Origin: an uncultured candidatus Porisulfidus sp.
GTDB lineage: Bacteria > Pseudomonadota > Gammaproteobacteria > Poriferisulfidales > Poriferisulfidaceae
NCBI GenBank assembly: GCA_965116025.1
Contig: OZ220480.1
Location: forward strand, 1,248,001-1,312,000
Direction: 5' to 3'
DNA: 64,000 nucleotides
Made by a program: the position numbers and the translations under genes. The notes below the pieces were generated by a model, which was not told the origin of the DNA, made no database searches, and was given only the letters and a program-made list of their open reading frames with translations. Numbering within the stretch: position 1 is the first letter of the stretch; the number at the start of each line of letters is the position of its first letter. Shown here in pieces: positions 62,705 to 64,000 of the stretch.

Positions 62705-64000
62705 TGCTTCATCCTGCGAACCGGCTCGTCCTCACCGACGTGATACGGCCGCCGGAGGCTTTCCGTCTTGAGTCGGCCATGGCCGTGACGTTCACGCTGG
62801 ATCTCCGGGCGCTTTTGTTCGCGCCTGCCGCGATGGCGTTCTCCGAATCCTCTGATATCGCTTCCGACGGTAGTTCGAGCGAGTCGGTCGAATTGCTTCA
62901 TGCCTTGCGTTCCCACGTGAGCAAAATCACCGTGTTCAGCCAGGTGGGCGAGATCGCGTTGCCTCCTTCGCGTCGAGTCTTCGCCTTCCTGGAGCGGACC
63001 GTCGTTCCGGTTGACGCGCCGCGTGGCGGGATCGTTCATCCCAAGGCGTGGGTGTTGCGGTACGAGTCTGTCGATGAGTCGGTGGATCGCTCGCGACCGG
63101 AACGGCGACTCCGCGTGCTCATCGCGAGCCGGAATCTCACGTTCGATACGAGTTGGGATACGGTGGTCCGCCTTGACGAGGTGGTGGACGGGCCCGGAGC
63201 CTCGCTGGAGTCTGTTGGAGAGCTGTTCAGGGGGCTTCTCGATACCGCGGTCGATAAGGTCTCGGCTGATCATAGTGATCGCGTGCGCTCGTTGTCGGAC
63301 GCGCTTGGGGTCGCTCGTTTCGCGTTGCCTGCGGGAGTGGACGATTTGCGGATTCACGTTTTGGGCTTGGACGACGAGCCCTCTCCACTTCCAGACACGG
63401 CTGATCGGTCGCTGATCATCTCTCCCTTCGTGAGTGATGATTTTTTCACGACGAGAGCATGTCCGCCGCCGGTGAACGAGCTCGCCAGCCGATCCGGGTC
63501 GCTTGACCAACTCAAGCCGGAAACGTTGACCAAAATAGAGAGAGGCTATGTCTTCGGTGATGAAAGCGTTCCCAATGTTGACGCGAAGAACGACGCGTCC
63601 TCCATGGATGATCCTGGTCGGCCTCTTATTGGGTTGCATGCCAAGGTCTTCGCGTTCGAGGAAAATGGCCGGGCACGCTTGTTTCTTGGTTCAGCCAACG
63701 CGACTGGCGCCGCTTTCCATCGCAACGTGGAAATCCTCGTGGAACTCAAGGGGTCCGCGACGGTATTGGGCATTGATCGGTTTTGGAGTGGAACGGAGGA
63801 TCCGGGTCTCCGCAGCTTGTTTTACGAATACGACGGATCCGACGCGCTTGATGACATTGACGAGGGCCCGTCCCTGGATCGAGCGAGACGCGAGATCGCC
63901 CGGCTACCGCTCAGGGGCTTTGTCGAGGAGAGTGGCTCCGAGTGGGCGACCACCTACCGATCAAGTCAGCCGGTGCCCAGCATCGATGGCATCAAAGAGA
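62704..64000 (+). CDS. Phospholipase D-superfamily nuclease-like protein, partial, not in ORF track
   Basis: TGATG overlap with upstream gene; MLHPANR..RPP..TFTLDL, two HxK motifs (VHPKAW..SRNLT and LHAKVF..GSANAT); open to window end. Confidence 0.85.
   Translation, partial: MLHPANRLVLTDVIRPPEAFRLESAMAVTFTLDLRALLFAPAAMAFSESSDIASDGSSSESVELLHALRSHVSKITVFSQVGEIALPPSRRVFAFLERTVVPVDAPRGGIVHPKAWVLRYESVDESVDRSRPERRLRVLIASRNLTFDTSWDTVVRLDEVVDGPGASLESVGELFRGLLDTAVDKVSADHSDRVRSLSDALGVARFALPAGVDDLRIHVLGLDDEPSPLPDTADRSLIISPFVSDDFFTTRACPPPVNELASRSGSLDQLKPETLTKIERGYVFGDESVPNVDAKNDASSMDDPGRPLIGLHAKVFAFEENGRARLFLGSANATGAAFHRNVEILVELKGSATVLGIDRFWSGTEDPGLRSLFYEYDGSDALDDIDEGPSLDRARREIARLPLRGFVEESGSEWATTYRSSQPVPSIDGIKE

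Overview
High-GC gammaproteobacterial chromosome segment; the organism is not identifiable from sequence alone, but the shuffled synteny and accessory content would fit a host-associated lineage. The backbone is housekeeping genes: lptG, xerD-dsbC, addA, ftsH-glmM-tpiA-secG-tRNA-Leu, lpxH, the leuCDB-asd-fimV-truA-trpFBA-accD-folC-dedD-cvpA-purF run, amgK-murU, rpmF-plsX-fabH-uvrC-pgsA, rpsO-pnp, gloB, xseA-glnS and tRNA-fMet. Accessory parts: (1) a DNA amino-methyltransferase fused to an HNH nuclease; (2) two paralogous ~1100-aa autotransporters about 39 kb apart, each with a long poly-G tract (G19 and G25) inside the signal-peptide coding region, both out of frame as assembled; (3) a 34.8-41.2 kb island with a C5-MTase/REase pair, a decayed RhuM-Fic gene, small coupled ORFs, an intact IS5-family element with IRs and a 6-bp target duplication, and an orphan HTH-nucleotidyltransferase; (4) a ferredoxin/GST/XylA-like reductase cluster with no oxygenase; (5) a probable defence island after tRNA-fMet (ABC-type ATPase + PIN, then DUF6361-like + PLD) that runs off the window end. 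All family assignments come from motif recognition, not database searches.
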